A stretch of DNA of 64,000 nt, from positions 3,840,001 through 3,904,000 of the forward strand of contig OY782041.1 in assembly GCA_963677595.1 (NCBI GenBank), written 5' to 3'. Shown here in pieces: positions 32,125 through 42,583 of this stretch (the stretch's first letter is position 1; each line of letters begins with the position of its first letter). Origin of the DNA: Spirochaetia bacterium. GTDB lineage: Bacteria; Spirochaetota; Spirochaetia; CAKZLE01. The notes beneath the pieces were generated by a model. It saw nothing but the letters and a program-made list of their open reading frames with translations, did not search any database and was not told the DNA's origin. The position numbers were made by a program, and so were the translations under genes.

Positions 32125-34665
32125 TCAGTAGAGGCTGTAGGTGATAGCCAGGACGAGGTTCAATCCGGAATCGGGGTTAGCCGCATTCGCGAAGATCTCA
32201 CCGGGCTGCCACTCGATCGAGTTGTCATCGGCGACGGAGAACACCTTGGAGAGGTAGATCCCCAGGGGGAAGCCTGGGATATCGAGCTTCACCCCGCCGC
32301 CCATGCTGAAGTAGAAGTCCTGGATCGATAGGCTCGTCCAGTCCTCGATCTGGCTCTTGAACCCGGTCCCACTCGCATAGATCTCGCCAGAGAGCACATT
32401 GGGGACGATGGGGACCGTGATGTAGGCAGAGGTGTCCCACATGAACTCGAGGTTGTAGACGGGGTTATCGATCCCCCTGACGATGTTCATCCCGTCGATG
32501 TAAAGCTTCTCGGACTGGGTCGCATAGGGCTGGTCCTGCCAGCCGAAGCCGTCGGTCCAGTCGAAGAACTGCGGGAAGATGTGTGAGATGTTCGAACGGG
32601 CGGAGAGCACGATGTTCCTCGGGTTCAGCTCATCTTCGTTGAGCCTGAACAGCGTCTGGTAGGCCGAGAGGCCGAAGGTGTTCCTGATGTAGTTCGATGC
32701 ACCGCCAAGCAGCCCGCCGGCATAGATGAGATTGTCGCTGATGAGGAAGCCCCTCGTCGTGTTCTCGACGAGGTCACGTCCGTCCCAGTTCGCGTTGAGA
32801 CTGATCTTGTTGGAGAACTGCCAGGTATCCAGGTTGTCCCGGATGATGGGGTTGTACGGCCTGAAGAGCGCATCGTCATACTGTACATAGGTCAGCCCGA
32901 TATCGAGGCCGGTACCCAGCCCGATCCTGCCGACATCGGTATGGAAGGTGTATCCGGTATCGAGGCCGAGGGATATCTTGTACTGCTCATAGTTCATCAG
33001 GTACTCATCGGCGATCACATCCCCGTTCTCGAGCGCTGCCTGGTACTCGGCATAGCTGTTGTAGGGGTCAGGCGCCGCTGTCCCGTTATAATAGTCGTCA
33101 CTGGAGAAGGTCACACCCGAGGCATCCTGGAGGATGGAGTCGTAGGAGTTGTGGCTCATGCTGAATGAGACCCCGCCGTTCCAACGTTTCCCGGCCAGCC
33201 AGTCCTCCGTGAAGGAGAAGTCGAGCGACTGCGAGGAGGATGCGATATTGGTCGCGATCGAGAAATCCTGTCCATAGCCCATGAAGTTCTTGTCCGTCCA
33301 GGAGAAGAAACCCGTCACCGGGAAACTGTCATTGCCGCCGAAGGTGGCACCGAACTGAAGCTCTACCTTCTTTGCCTCCTCGACGATGAACTCGAGGACG
33401 ATGTAACCGTCCTCGGTACCGAAGAGGACATTGTAGTCGACATTGCTGATGATGCCGGTATTATAGAGGTTCTGGACGCTCTCTATGAACTTCTCCTTGC
33501 TGAACACATCACCGACGTTGATCGCGAGTTCCCTCGAGAGCACATGATCCTTGGTCTTCTCATTACCCTTGATGATGATGTCCTCGACATAGGCCTGCTG
33601 CTTCTCGGTGATCGTGAGCGTGTAGCTGATCGTACGGTCACGCTCGTTCTTCGTCTCCTGCGGGACGATCTCGTTGTAGATATACCCCTCGTTCCAGTAG
33701 AGGTCAGCGATCGAAGAGATGTTCTTCTGGAGTGTGACGATATCGATCGGCTCACCGACATCGAGCGTGATCCTGCGCTCGATCTCCTCATTGGAGAAGA
33801 TCTCGTTCCCGGTCACCTCGAGCCCGCCGAAGAACCACTGGTCACCCTCATCGATGACGAACGTGAGGGTTATGAGGTCCTTGGTCGCGTCCGAGGTATC
33901 GGTCTCGATCCTCGTGTCCGTGACGGCAGCTTCGACATAGCCCCGTTCCCGGTAGTACTGGATGATGGCATTCTTATCTTGCTGGACCGTAGTCTCCGAG
34001 TAGTTGCCCTTATTGAAGAGCGACTGCTCCTTTGAGGTGATGATGCGCTTGAGCGAGTTCGAGGAGAATATCTCATTCCCCTCGAAGGCGATGACGTCTA
34101 TCTTGGACTGTCTCCCTTCATTGATAGTCACGGTGATGACCACGGTATTGGTCTCCTCATCCTTTACCGCATCCTGCTCCACTGCCGCACTGACGTATCC
34201 CTTGTCACGATACTCCGTGATAAGCGAGTTTATATCGGCGGTGAGGGCAGCATTGCTGTAGAAGGAGGCCTCCTTGGTCTTGAAGAGGTCTATGATGTCC
34301 TCGTCGGTGAAGAAGTCATTGCCTTCGAACACGATCTGCTCGATATAGGGGAGTTCGGTGACCTGGAAGCGTATCCTGATCCGGTTGGGGTTGTCCTGCA
34401 CCTGGTCCGCATAGGCGGTGAAGTATGAGAAATACTGCAGGGAATAGAGCTCGGACTGCAGCTCGTTGAACAGCTGCTCCGAGAAGGTCTTGTCGACATA
34501 TTTCTTCGTGATCTGGTCAAGGGCAGACTGCTCGATATTCACGAGGCCCTCGAAGACGACAGCGTCGATCCTCTTGCCGGCCACTGTCTGCTGGCCGGTC
34601 TCCTGCGCAGGGAGTAGTTGCATAGTCATAAAAAGAATCAGAATCAACCATAAAGCCCGTCTCAT
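32125..34665 (-). CDS. bamA: Outer membrane protein assembly factor BamA
   Basis: Signal peptide, five POTRA-like repeats (FEGN, GNEKTKDHVLSREL), NFMGYGQ barrel start, terminal aromatic residue. Confidence 0.88.
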   Translation of the reverse strand: MRRALWLILILFMTMQLLPAQETGQQTVAGKRIDAVVFEGLVNIEQSALDQITKKYVDKTFSEQLFNELQSELYSLQYFSYFTAYADQVQDNPNRIRIRFQVTELPYIEQIVFEGNDFFTDEDIIDLFKTKEASFYSNAALTADINSLITEYRDKGYVSAAVEQDAVKDEETNTVVITVTINEGRQSKIDVIAFEGNEIFSSNSLKRIITSKEQSLFNKGNYSETTVQQDKNAIIQYYRERGYVEAAVTDTRIETDTSDATKDLITLTFVIDEGDQWFFGGLEVTGNEIFSNEEIERRITLDVGEPIDIVTLQKNISSIADLYWNEGYIYNEIVPQETKNERDRTISYTLTITEKQQAYVEDIIIKGNEKTKDHVLSRELAINVGDVFSKEKFIESVQNLYNTGIISNVDYNVLFGTEDGYIVLEFIVEEAKKVELQFGATFGGNDSFPVTGFFSWTDKNFMGYGQDFSIATNIASSSQSLDFSFTEDWLAGKRWNGGVSFSMSHNSYDSILQDASGVTFSSDDYYNGTAAPDPYNSYAEYQAALENGDVIADEYLMNYEQYKISLGLDTGYTFHTDVGRIGLGTGLDIGLTYVQYDDALFRPYNPIIRDNLDTWQFSNKISLNANWDGRDLVENTTRGFLISDNLIYAGGLLGGASNYIRNTFGLSAYQTLFRLNEDELNPRNIVLSARSNISHIFPQFFDWTDGFGWQDQPYATQSEKLYIDGMNIVRGIDNPVYNLEFMWDTSAYITVPIVPNVLSGEIYASGTGFKSQIEDWTSLSIQDFYFSMGGGVKLDIPGFPLGIYLSKVFSVADDNSIEWQPGEIFANAANPDSGLNLVLAITYSLY

Positions 34666-34679
34666 AACATAAACTCCAT

Positions 34680-37600
34680 TTAAAAAGCTAGACTCCAAGA
34701 CATACCGATGCTCAGGCTGTCCAGGATGTCTTTTGTGGTGAATGACGCAGGTGCCATGGATATAGTGAGCGTGTTCAACGGATTGGTCCATTCATAACTC
34801 ACTTCTATATCCAATCCAATATCATCGGTGATGAACAGACCGGAATTGGTATCCTCGTCTATCGTGAACTGCATGATAGCCTGCAGGAACATATCTTCAG
34901 TGATATACTTTCCCAAGAAAATGGTGGTATTGTCAAGGTATCTGGCAATCGGATTTCTTGTGATCGTACTGTTGAAGTCTCCCGGTATGGTATCAAGCAC
35001 TATATTCTGCAGAACCTGCGAACGTATGGAAAACAAGTCAAGGTTCAAAGCGTTACGTATCGAAAGCTCAAGATCCTCGATCGGGTTGATATCGATGATC
35101 CCGACCTGCTGGATCACGTCGGTCGCGAGCGTCGCGACCGCCAAGGCTGTCGTGATATCGTTCGACCAGGTGAAGTCCTCGGGTATGATGTTGTTCCCGA
35201 GGATGCGGGAGATCTCCTCGATGCTCAGAGCCGGGGAGGATGAGAAGGTCGGGGAGAGTTCATAGACTGAATCATTGTCGACGGTGAGGTAGATATCGAC
35301 CTTATCCCCGGCACTGGTGAAATCCTTGAGCCGTGCGATGGCGGAGACCCTCGGGTCCATGGTATCCTGGGTGAGGTTGAGGTCGATGGTCCCCTCGGTG
35401 ATGTAGAAGTTCCTCTGGAAATAGACGATCTCCCCGCCGCGGATCCCGACCTTTCCGACAGCAGAGAACTGGTTCTGCCCGATATCGGCCTTCACCCGGA
35501 GCGTGTTCCCCTCAGAGGCTGTTGCCTTGAGGATCGGCAGGTCGAGACTCGGGAAGACAGCCGTCAGGTTCTTGCCGGTACGTACGGAGAGGTCGATGTT
35601 GCCGAGACTCGATGAGGAATCATTGACCTTCTTCGGCAGCATCGATACGACCCCGTTGCTCAGTACGGCAGTACCCGTCAGGTTGAGTTCCTTGAAATCC
35701 CCTGCCATCAGAATCTTCCCTGAGACATCCCCCTGGTATTTCATCCGGAACTGCCCGAACTCATGGTCGAAGGGGAATCCCCTGCTCTCATCGATGTTCA
35801 GCGACATGCTCATGCTCGTCGGGATCATCTCCTCTATATAGACTTCCAATGCAGCCTGCCCCCGTGAGTTCCCGCTCCGCAGGTAGAAGGGGGCGAAGAT
35901 GATCTCCTTCCCGATCATGGAGATATAGACGTCATCGATGATGATCTCCTCCGGGATCATGGGGATCGAGCCCACTACCGAGTCGCCGAAGAACTCCCCG
36001 TAGTACTCGAGGTCCCCGAAGGCACCGGTGATGTTCAACCTCCCGGCTGCCACACCCTCCGAGAAGGTGAGTAGGGGCAGCCCGAGCTTCTGGTAGAGGG
36101 AGAACTCCACCTGCAGGTCCTCGCTCACCGCGTCGATCGTGCCGTTCTCGATCACGCCGTTCATGGTGAAGGAGATCGGGTACTCATCAGTCATGCGGGC
36201 AGTGAAGCTGCCCGAAGAGGTATTATATTCGAGCCTGAACCCGTCCTCCTCGATATCCCCGAGGTCGAGCACCCTGCTCTGGTAGGTCATCCCGGTCTCC
36301 AGGTCAGCAAGCGGCTCATTGTCGAAGACGATATCGGTGAAGGCAAGGTCGAATTCGAGACGTTCCTCCCCCAGCACCTGCCTGACGGTGTTCAGGTTAA
36401 TGGTATAGGCAGAGAGGTCCGCACTGATCGATGCACGTGCCGAGAGGGAGGTCCGGTCCATCTCCATGGCGACCGAAGCCTCGGAGGCGAGGGTCTGGTC
36501 GGAGAAGACATAGGTCAGGTCGGCATCGGTGATGCTCACATCCCCGACCTCCCCCGTGAACGAGCTGAGGTGGAAGCGTTCAGGGGTGATATCGAACTGC
36601 AGGTCGCCGGAGTAGTTCGCCCGTCGCTTCCTGCCGTTCTCGAGCGACATGGTGGCATTGACGAGGAAATCATCGAGGTTCCCGTTGATCGATACATAGC
36701 CTGATGCATAACCGTCACCCAGCAGTATCGGGAGCCGGGAGATCCTGCTGTCCGTGATGTCGACCGATGCTGAGAGCCACTGATCCTCATAGCGTGCCTC
36801 GAGGAGGTAGCGTTCAACCTCATTGCTCAGTTCGATACTGAAGATCATGGGGTTGGAGAAGATGTCATGGGTGGAATAGGTCACCGACCCGTCACCGGAG
36901 AGCGGGATCCCGCCCTCGTTGAGGACCATGTCCTTCAGGACCACCGAGTCAGGGTTCATGTCAGCATCGAAGGCCAGGGTCATCTCCCGGTCCTTATAGC
37001 GGACTCCTCCCAGGAGTGCATCGGTGATAGTCAGGTCCCACTGTCGAAGATCAGTGAAACTGCCTGAGAAGCCGGCTTCCCTGATGACAGCAGGCCCGAT
37101 CTCATACCCCTGGAGTGAACCAGCGAGCATGACTGCCCCGCCCTCAAGCTGGGCTGTGACCAGGGCTGTCCCCTCCCTTATATCTGCAGAGACCTTCTGC
37201 TGAGCTATGTCGATCTCGGCTGCGAAGGGGAAGACCTGCTCACTGAGCATGAAGTCACCGGAGAGAGAGACCTGTTCAGCAGAGATCTCTGCAGCCGTGG
37301 AGATCGCAGCCTGAGGCAGCAGGTCTGACCGTATCTCAAGGTTCAGGCCGTCATCTCCCGAGGCCATGTCGATCCCTGCGAGCAGGCTGCCGTCACTGAG
37401 GTCGGTGAGGCTGAGCGTGCCGGTCGGGGTCAAGATCTGGTACTCCTCTAACCTTCCTGAGAAGTCAAGCTGGTAGGTCTCGTACTGCGTCAGCAGCCTG
37501 TCGACCTGCAGGAAAGAGGTATCCCCTTCTGCCTCCACGGTCGTATGTCCGAGCTGGATGTCATCAGTGACGTTGATACCATCCGTCCCGACCGATACAC

Positions 37601-38585
37601 GATAGGTGAACTTGCCGTCTTCCAACCCGTAGTCAGCTGCTATGTCGCCGGAGATGACGGGAATCTGCTCAGTAGAGAATCCGTCAGGCAGGGAGAAGAA
37701 CTCCTCAATAGGATACTGCTTGAGGTCGAGCAGGTCCGCTGCAGCCTCAACGCTCACCATCCGGCTCTCCGGATCGAACACCACGTGTGAAGCGAGGGTG
37801 TCCAAGAGGATGTCAGCGCTGAACAGCGATTCTCCCATGCGTGCGGCGATCTCCAGGCCATCGAGCTCCAGGCTGCCGTAGGTGATCGTGCTCCCATGCA
37901 GGTCAACAGAGCCGACCTGACTACCGAATGCCAGGCTGCCGTCCACCGCTGAGGAGAGAGCGACCGGCTCCCCTAGACCAGGGATGTCGGCGGTGATCGA
38001 GGCGCTGCCTGCGGTGAAGGTCAGTGCCCGGTTCGCCATGACGGCTGCGAGAGAAGAGAAGGTACCGGCGATACGGTTGTCTTCGGATATGTCCACCTCG
38101 ACTGATGCGTCATCGGAGGCAAGATGGAGGTAGAACTGCTCGTTCACCTTGAACATGGAGAAGAGTTCGGAGAAGAACTCTGCGATATTCCTGATCTCGT
38201 CCCCGTCGAGCCGCAGGTCAAGGCCGTCGAAGTCGACATAGACGTCGACCCGCCTCTTACCGCCTGCGGTGAGGAGGTCGTAGAGGCGATAGCTCACGGT
38301 GAGGGTGTCGGTAGATAGGAGCGGTTGGTCCGCAGTCTCAGAGGTCACGGAGAGGTCGTTGAAGGTCACGGAACTCATGGTGCGTAATTTCACCGTACGG
38401 TAGTCGATGCCGATACCGTAGCTCGTGAAGATCTCCTCATAGGTCCCGATGAGTTTGTCACGGATGATGGAATCCAGGTGGTTCATGGCTGTGAGAGCGA
38501 CCATGACAGTAAGGACCATGATGATCACCATAATGGCCGCGAACCGCAAGATCCTCTGTCTGTCCCAAAAACTCAACTTATCCAT
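34680..38585 (-). CDS. TamB/AsmA-like translocation and assembly module protein
   Basis: N-terminal TM anchor, long beta-rich body, C-terminal GGEIVYFQRNFYI..YLDNTTIFLGKY; directly upstream of bamA. Confidence 0.75.
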   Translation of the reverse strand: MDKLSFWDRQRILRFAAIMVIIMVLTVMVALTAMNHLDSIIRDKLIGTYEEIFTSYGIGIDYRTVKLRTMSSVTFNDLSVTSETADQPLLSTDTLTVSYRLYDLLTAGGKRRVDVYVDFDGLDLRLDGDEIRNIAEFFSELFSMFKVNEQFYLHLASDDASVEVDISEDNRIAGTFSSLAAVMANRALTFTAGSASITADIPGLGEPVALSSAVDGSLAFGSQVGSVDLHGSTITYGSLELDGLEIAARMGESLFSADILLDTLASHVVFDPESRMVSVEAAADLLDLKQYPIEEFFSLPDGFSTEQIPVISGDIAADYGLEDGKFTYRVSVGTDGINVTDDIQLGHTTVEAEGDTSFLQVDRLLTQYETYQLDFSGRLEEYQILTPTGTLSLTDLSDGSLLAGIDMASGDDGLNLEIRSDLLPQAAISTAAEISAEQVSLSGDFMLSEQVFPFAAEIDIAQQKVSADIREGTALVTAQLEGGAVMLAGSLQGYEIGPAVIREAGFSGSFTDLRQWDLTITDALLGGVRYKDREMTLAFDADMNPDSVVLKDMVLNEGGIPLSGDGSVTYSTHDIFSNPMIFSIELSNEVERYLLEARYEDQWLSASVDITDSRISRLPILLGDGYASGYVSINGNLDDFLVNATMSLENGRKRRANYSGDLQFDITPERFHLSSFTGEVGDVSITDADLTYVFSDQTLASEASVAMEMDRTSLSARASISADLSAYTINLNTVRQVLGEERLEFDLAFTDIVFDNEPLADLETGMTYQSRVLDLGDIEEDGFRLEYNTSSGSFTARMTDEYPISFTMNGVIENGTIDAVSEDLQVEFSLYQKLGLPLLTFSEGVAAGRLNITGAFGDLEYYGEFFGDSVVGSIPMIPEEIIIDDVYISMIGKEIIFAPFYLRSGNSRGQAALEVYIEEMIPTSMSMSLNIDESRGFPFDHEFGQFRMKYQGDVSGKILMAGDFKELNLTGTAVLSNGVVSMLPKKVNDSSSSLGNIDLSVRTGKNLTAVFPSLDLPILKATASEGNTLRVKADIGQNQFSAVGKVGIRGGEIVYFQRNFYITEGTIDLNLTQDTMDPRVSAIARLKDFTSAGDKVDIYLTVDNDSVYELSPTFSSSPALSIEEISRILGNNIIPEDFTWSNDITTALAVATLATDVIQQVGIIDINPIEDLELSIRNALNLDLFSIRSQVLQNIVLDTIPGDFNSTITRNPIARYLDNTTIFLGKYITEDMFLQAIMQFTIDEDTNSGLFITDDIGLDIEVSYEWTNPLNTLTISMAPASFTTKDILDSLSIGMSWSLAF

Positions 38586-38625
38586 AACGTTATGTATAAC
38601 AACTAAAGGGCGAACCCATTACAAC

Positions 38626-40998
38626 TTAGAGCAGGATGACATACGTCTTCCCGTATCCGCCGTCCTCAGGAAGGGCAAAATGGAACTCCTTGACGTTGGA
38701 CATCCGTGAGAGGGCATCGTGTATTCCCCGCTGGAGTATCCCCTCACCCTTTCCGTGCACGATCGAGAGTTCACGCAGGTCATGGATGATCGCCGCATCG
38801 ATCATGCGCATGATCTCATCAACTGCTTCGGCGAGCGTCATGCCGCGGACATCAATCGAGGAGGAAGAGGAGCCGCTTTTATCGAGCGAGTAGCTGACCT
38901 TCGTATGCCAGGAGACCTGAGCTGCAGGTGTCTCCTTCTTCACCTCTCTCTTCATCGCCTTCTCCGCTAATGTCAGGCGCATCCCGTTATCGAGTTCAAC
39001 CTGCCATTCACGCTTCCTGCCTGCACGAAGGATCTTCCCGCTGATACCGGAGGAACGTACCGTGATCCTCTCGCCGGGACCAAACCCCTTCGGGCCCTCC
39101 TCTTCTTTCGGAGAAGCACCCTCCTCCCTGCGTATGGTATCGTTGACGCGGTCCGAGGTCTGCTCGAGCTCACGAATGTGCTCCCTCGCCCGTTCGACGC
39201 GTTCCTTGGTAAGCTCCTCTTCCCGCAGTTCCCGTATCGTCGTCTCAAGGAGGCTCCGGCTCTCCTTGATGTACTTCTGCAGGGATGTCGCATCAGACCG
39301 TTTCTGTATCATCTCATCCTGCCTGAGCTTCAGCCGGTAGAGGTCCGAATCGCGGATCTCGCCCTTCAGGCGCTGCTCACGCTCGTTCATCTGCTTCTCT
39401 CGCTGTCTCAACTGCTCATCACGTTCCTTCAGGGAGCGCATCATCGCCGAGATCTCGATGACCTCCTTGCCGACGATCTCCCTCGCACGCTCGATGATCG
39501 CCGGGGGGAAGTCCATCCTCACGGCAGTCTCGATGGCATGGCTGTCCCCGGGTTCCCCGAGGATGACCCGGTAGGTCGGGCTCTTCTCCGATTCGCTGAA
39601 CTCCATCGAGGCGTTCATGACACCGGGCTGGGCATAGGCGAACTGCTTCAGGGACGCATGGTGGCTCGTGATGAGCGTCAGTCCCGAGCGCTGGTGGCTG
39701 TACTCGATGACCGCCTGTGCCAGGGCAGCTCCCTCTACGGGGTCAGTCCCCGAACCGAGCTCGTCGAAGATGACCAGCGATCGTTCGTCAACCCGCTGGA
39801 GGATCGATCCTATGCGCTTGAGGTGGCCTGAGAAGGTCGAGAGATCGAGCTCTATCGACTGCTCATCCCCGATGTCGGTATGGATCGAGGAGAAGACCGG
39901 CAGTTCGCTGCCCTCCTCGGAAGGGATGAACATCCCCATCTGGTTCATGAGTGCGATGAACCCGACGGTCTTCAGGGTGACGGTCTTCCCCCCCGCATTA
40001 GGGCCGGACATGACGATCGACCGGGTTCCAGCATCGATCGTCAGGGTGATGGGAATCGCCTTCTCCTGGAGGATCGGGTGTCTTACCCCCGGCAGCACGA
40101 CCTTTCTCTCACTGGTCGCAGGGCGTGTGTAGCGGTGTTCCAGGGAGAACCTGGCCTTCGCATAGTGGTAGTCGAACTCACCGACTGCCTCCTGCAGCAG
40201 CCCGATCCCCTCATGGTGCTCACGGATCAGGTCACTAAGCTCCCGGAAGATCTTCTCGATCTCGATGAGCAGTTCCTGCTCGGCTAGGGAGACCTCGTTA
40301 TTACGTTCTATGAGGTCATAGGGCTCCACGAAGAGGGTGCTCCCGGTCTGTGAGGCCGAATGGACGAACCCGGGATACCGCTGCTTGTCTTTGGACTTTA
40401 TCGGGAGCACGATGCGGTTCTCCCTGATGGTGGCCTGGTCGGATTGCATAGAGTCAGAACCAGCACTCAGGTACTGCTGGACCAGGGAGGACCTGCTGCC
40501 CCGTGCCCGTTTCACCTGCTGCATCTTCTTCTGGATCCGGGGATGCTCCTCCCTGATGATCCCGGGGGTGATGAGGTACTCACCGATCCGTTCAGTCACC
40601 TCATCCAGGTCGGGGAAGCCTGAAAGCAGCTCCCTGATCCGGGGTATATCGATCTCCTCGTCGGAGAAATGGTCCTTCACCCGCTGGGAATTGCTGATGT
40701 AATCGTAGAAGAGCCAGACCTCCTCCCCCTCGAGGGAGATGCCGTCCCGTATGAGGCGTGCGAGCACCGTCGAGATATTCGGGAAGCGGGAGACCCTCCG
40801 GTCGTCCGCACTGAAAGACACCAGCAGTTCGCTGATCATCTCACGCTGGTACTCGATCTCCCCGGGGTCTGTGAGAAACCGAGCTCCCTCGAGTCTCCTG
40901 CAGCCTTCTGATGAGACAGCGCAGCGCTTGAGTCCCGTGATGAGGTAATCGAACTGCAGTTCGGATAGGGTCATGTCATCTATCATCATATCGTTCAT
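38626..40998 (-). CDS. mutS2: Endonuclease MutS2
   Basis: SGPNAGGKTVTLK, DIGDEQSIE, DELGSGTDP, C-terminal Smr domain IVHGKGEGIL. Confidence 0.93.
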   Translation of the reverse strand: MNDMMIDDMTLSELQFDYLITGLKRCAVSSEGCRRLEGARFLTDPGEIEYQREMISELLVSFSADDRRVSRFPNISTVLARLIRDGISLEGEEVWLFYDYISNSQRVKDHFSDEEIDIPRIRELLSGFPDLDEVTERIGEYLITPGIIREEHPRIQKKMQQVKRARGSRSSLVQQYLSAGSDSMQSDQATIRENRIVLPIKSKDKQRYPGFVHSASQTGSTLFVEPYDLIERNNEVSLAEQELLIEIEKIFRELSDLIREHHEGIGLLQEAVGEFDYHYAKARFSLEHRYTRPATSERKVVLPGVRHPILQEKAIPITLTIDAGTRSIVMSGPNAGGKTVTLKTVGFIALMNQMGMFIPSEEGSELPVFSSIHTDIGDEQSIELDLSTFSGHLKRIGSILQRVDERSLVIFDELGSGTDPVEGAALAQAVIEYSHQRSGLTLITSHHASLKQFAYAQPGVMNASMEFSESEKSPTYRVILGEPGDSHAIETAVRMDFPPAIIERAREIVGKEVIEISAMMRSLKERDEQLRQREKQMNEREQRLKGEIRDSDLYRLKLRQDEMIQKRSDATSLQKYIKESRSLLETTIRELREEELTKERVERAREHIRELEQTSDRVNDTIRREEGASPKEEEGPKGFGPGERITVRSSGISGKILRAGRKREWQVELDNGMRLTLAEKAMKREVKKETPAAQVSWHTKVSYSLDKSGSSSSSIDVRGMTLAEAVDEIMRMIDAAIIHDLRELSIVHGKGEGILQRGIHDALSRMSNVKEFHFALPEDGGYGKTYVILL

Positions 40999-41924
40999 TC
41001 GCCGAATTCCTGGTAACGTCGTTTCTTTCGTTCGATCATGGTATAGAGGATCTTCAGGTAGCTCTCATACCGCTCTGGGCTGATAATCCCCTCCTCGACT
41101 GCATCCCTGACGGCACAGCCCGGCTCCTCGTCATGGAGGCAGGGTGAGAACCTGCAGCCTCCTTCGAGCCTGGCGAACTCCGGGAACGATCCGCCGATCT
41201 CTGCCGGGTCCATCAGCGGGATCTCGATCTCACGCACACCGGGGGTGTCTATGATCGAGAAGTCACCGTGATCGATCCACCGGGCATAGTTGGTCGTATG
41301 CCGGCCCCGGTTGTATTTCGTCGAGACCGCACCGACGTTCTGGTCCGCATGGGGTATCAGGCGGTTGATCAGCGTCGACTTCCCGACACCGGACTGCCCG
41401 AAGAAGGCAGAGACCCTGCCGGCTACGGCAGCATGCAGCTCATCAAGCTCATCGTCCCTGGCTGAGACCTCCAGCACCTCGAACCCGATGTCACGGTAGA
41501 CATCAAGCTGCTGCTGCAGCTCCTCGGGGATGCCGAGGTCCGTCTTGTTGAGGACGATCGTCACCGGTATGGCATCAGCGCATACGGCGACCCGGTCGAT
41601 GAACCTCGGCCTGAACTCGGGGTAGGCAGTCGAGGTGATGCAGAAGAGCCTGTCTATATTGGCGGCGATGGTCTGGACGCTCTCACGCTTGAGGTTCCAT
41701 CTCCTGAAGCTGTTCCTCCGCTCGAGCCTCCCGGTCACCATGCCTTCTTGTTCATGGTGGACCTGGATCACCACCGAATCACCGGGGGCGAGCGGGTTGT
41801 ATTCGTTCTCCGCCCCGGTGAGCACCTTTCCTTTTATCCTGCACTGGAAGACCCGCTGGTCATCGCATTTTATCCTGTATATGTTGTTGATACCCTGCAG
41901 TACGATACCATGTCTTTCATCCAT
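40995..41924 (-). CDS. rsgA: Small-subunit-dependent GTPase RsgA
   Basis: NKTD, GQSGVGKSTLIN, RGRHTT, DTPG, CRFSPCLHDEEPGC. Confidence 0.96.
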   Translation of the reverse strand: MDERHGIVLQGINNIYRIKCDDQRVFQCRIKGKVLTGAENEYNPLAPGDSVVIQVHHEQEGMVTGRLERRNSFRRWNLKRESVQTIAANIDRLFCITSTAYPEFRPRFIDRVAVCADAIPVTIVLNKTDLGIPEELQQQLDVYRDIGFEVLEVSARDDELDELHAAVAGRVSAFFGQSGVGKSTLINRLIPHADQNVGAVSTKYNRGRHTTNYARWIDHGDFSIIDTPGVREIEIPLMDPAEIGGSFPEFARLEGGCRFSPCLHDEEPGCAVRDAVEEGIISPERYESYLKILYTMIERKKRRYQEFGE

Positions 41925-41930
41925 ATCTGT

Positions 41931-41980
41931 ACTGTAAACTGTTTGAAAGGTATTGACAACTATAACCATTCTGATACTCT
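41931..41980. promoter_or_regulatory. Back-to-back sigma70-like promoters with overlapping -35 boxes
   Basis: Plus: TTGACA(41953-58)-16-TACTCT(41975-80). Minus: TTGTCA(41959-54)-17-TACAGT(41936-31). Confidence 0.55.
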
Positions 41981-41986
41981 CTAAAC

Positions 41987-42583
41987 ATGTTTGATTTTAC
42001 CTACTGTAAAGAACCCTCATGCCACGAGTACGTGACGACCGGCAGTGACACCTGCCTCTTCCATGCAGGTGACCGCAAAGCCATCTCCGGAGCCTTCCTC
42101 TCCCGGATCGCGACGGGTGAACCGGTCTACTCCCTCTCGATCAGCGGTCTCGAGGTCAGGCAGCGAAAACTCCCCGGCCTGCGGCTCTATGCCTGCAACC
42201 TGGCCCACGGGCAGTTCATCGACGTGGATTTCTCGGACTCCTACTTCCAGCTCTGCTTCTTCGACTTCTCCACCTTCGTGCGCTGCAGGTTTAACAGTAT
42301 CGTCAGCAAGTATTCGGTCTTCTCGGGATCCACCTTCATCGACTGCGATTTCTCGGAGTCGGACATCCTCCACTCGAACTTCGTCGGCATCGATGCGCAG
42401 AACACGAAGTTCGATGACTCGGACCTCTACTATACCGATTTCGTGAATGCGGTCCTCGAGGATGTCTCATTCATGGACTGCAACCTCAAGAAGACCGACT
42501 TCGTCGCGAGCAAGCGGGAGAATGTCGTCTTCAAGTACTCGAACTTCGAGGAGGCGACGTTCACGAGGGAGTCCATGATATGA
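41987..42583 (+). CDS. Pentapeptide repeat protein
   Basis: CDFSE/SNFVG/TKFDD/TDFVN 5-residue periodicity; N-terminal C-x4-C-x10-C-x2-H. Confidence 0.88.
   Translation: MFDFTYCKEPSCHEYVTTGSDTCLFHAGDRKAISGAFLSRIATGEPVYSLSISGLEVRQRKLPGLRLYACNLAHGQFIDVDFSDSYFQLCFFDFSTFVRCRFNSIVSKYSVFSGSTFIDCDFSESDILHSNFVGIDAQNTKFDDSDLYYTDFVNAVLEDVSFMDCNLKKTDFVASKRENVVFKYSNFEEATFTRESMI

Noticed and set aside
34666-34791. Longer BamA N-terminus in the ORF track
   Set aside because: Overlaps tamB; ATG 34665 has a GGAG RBS and begins a signal peptide
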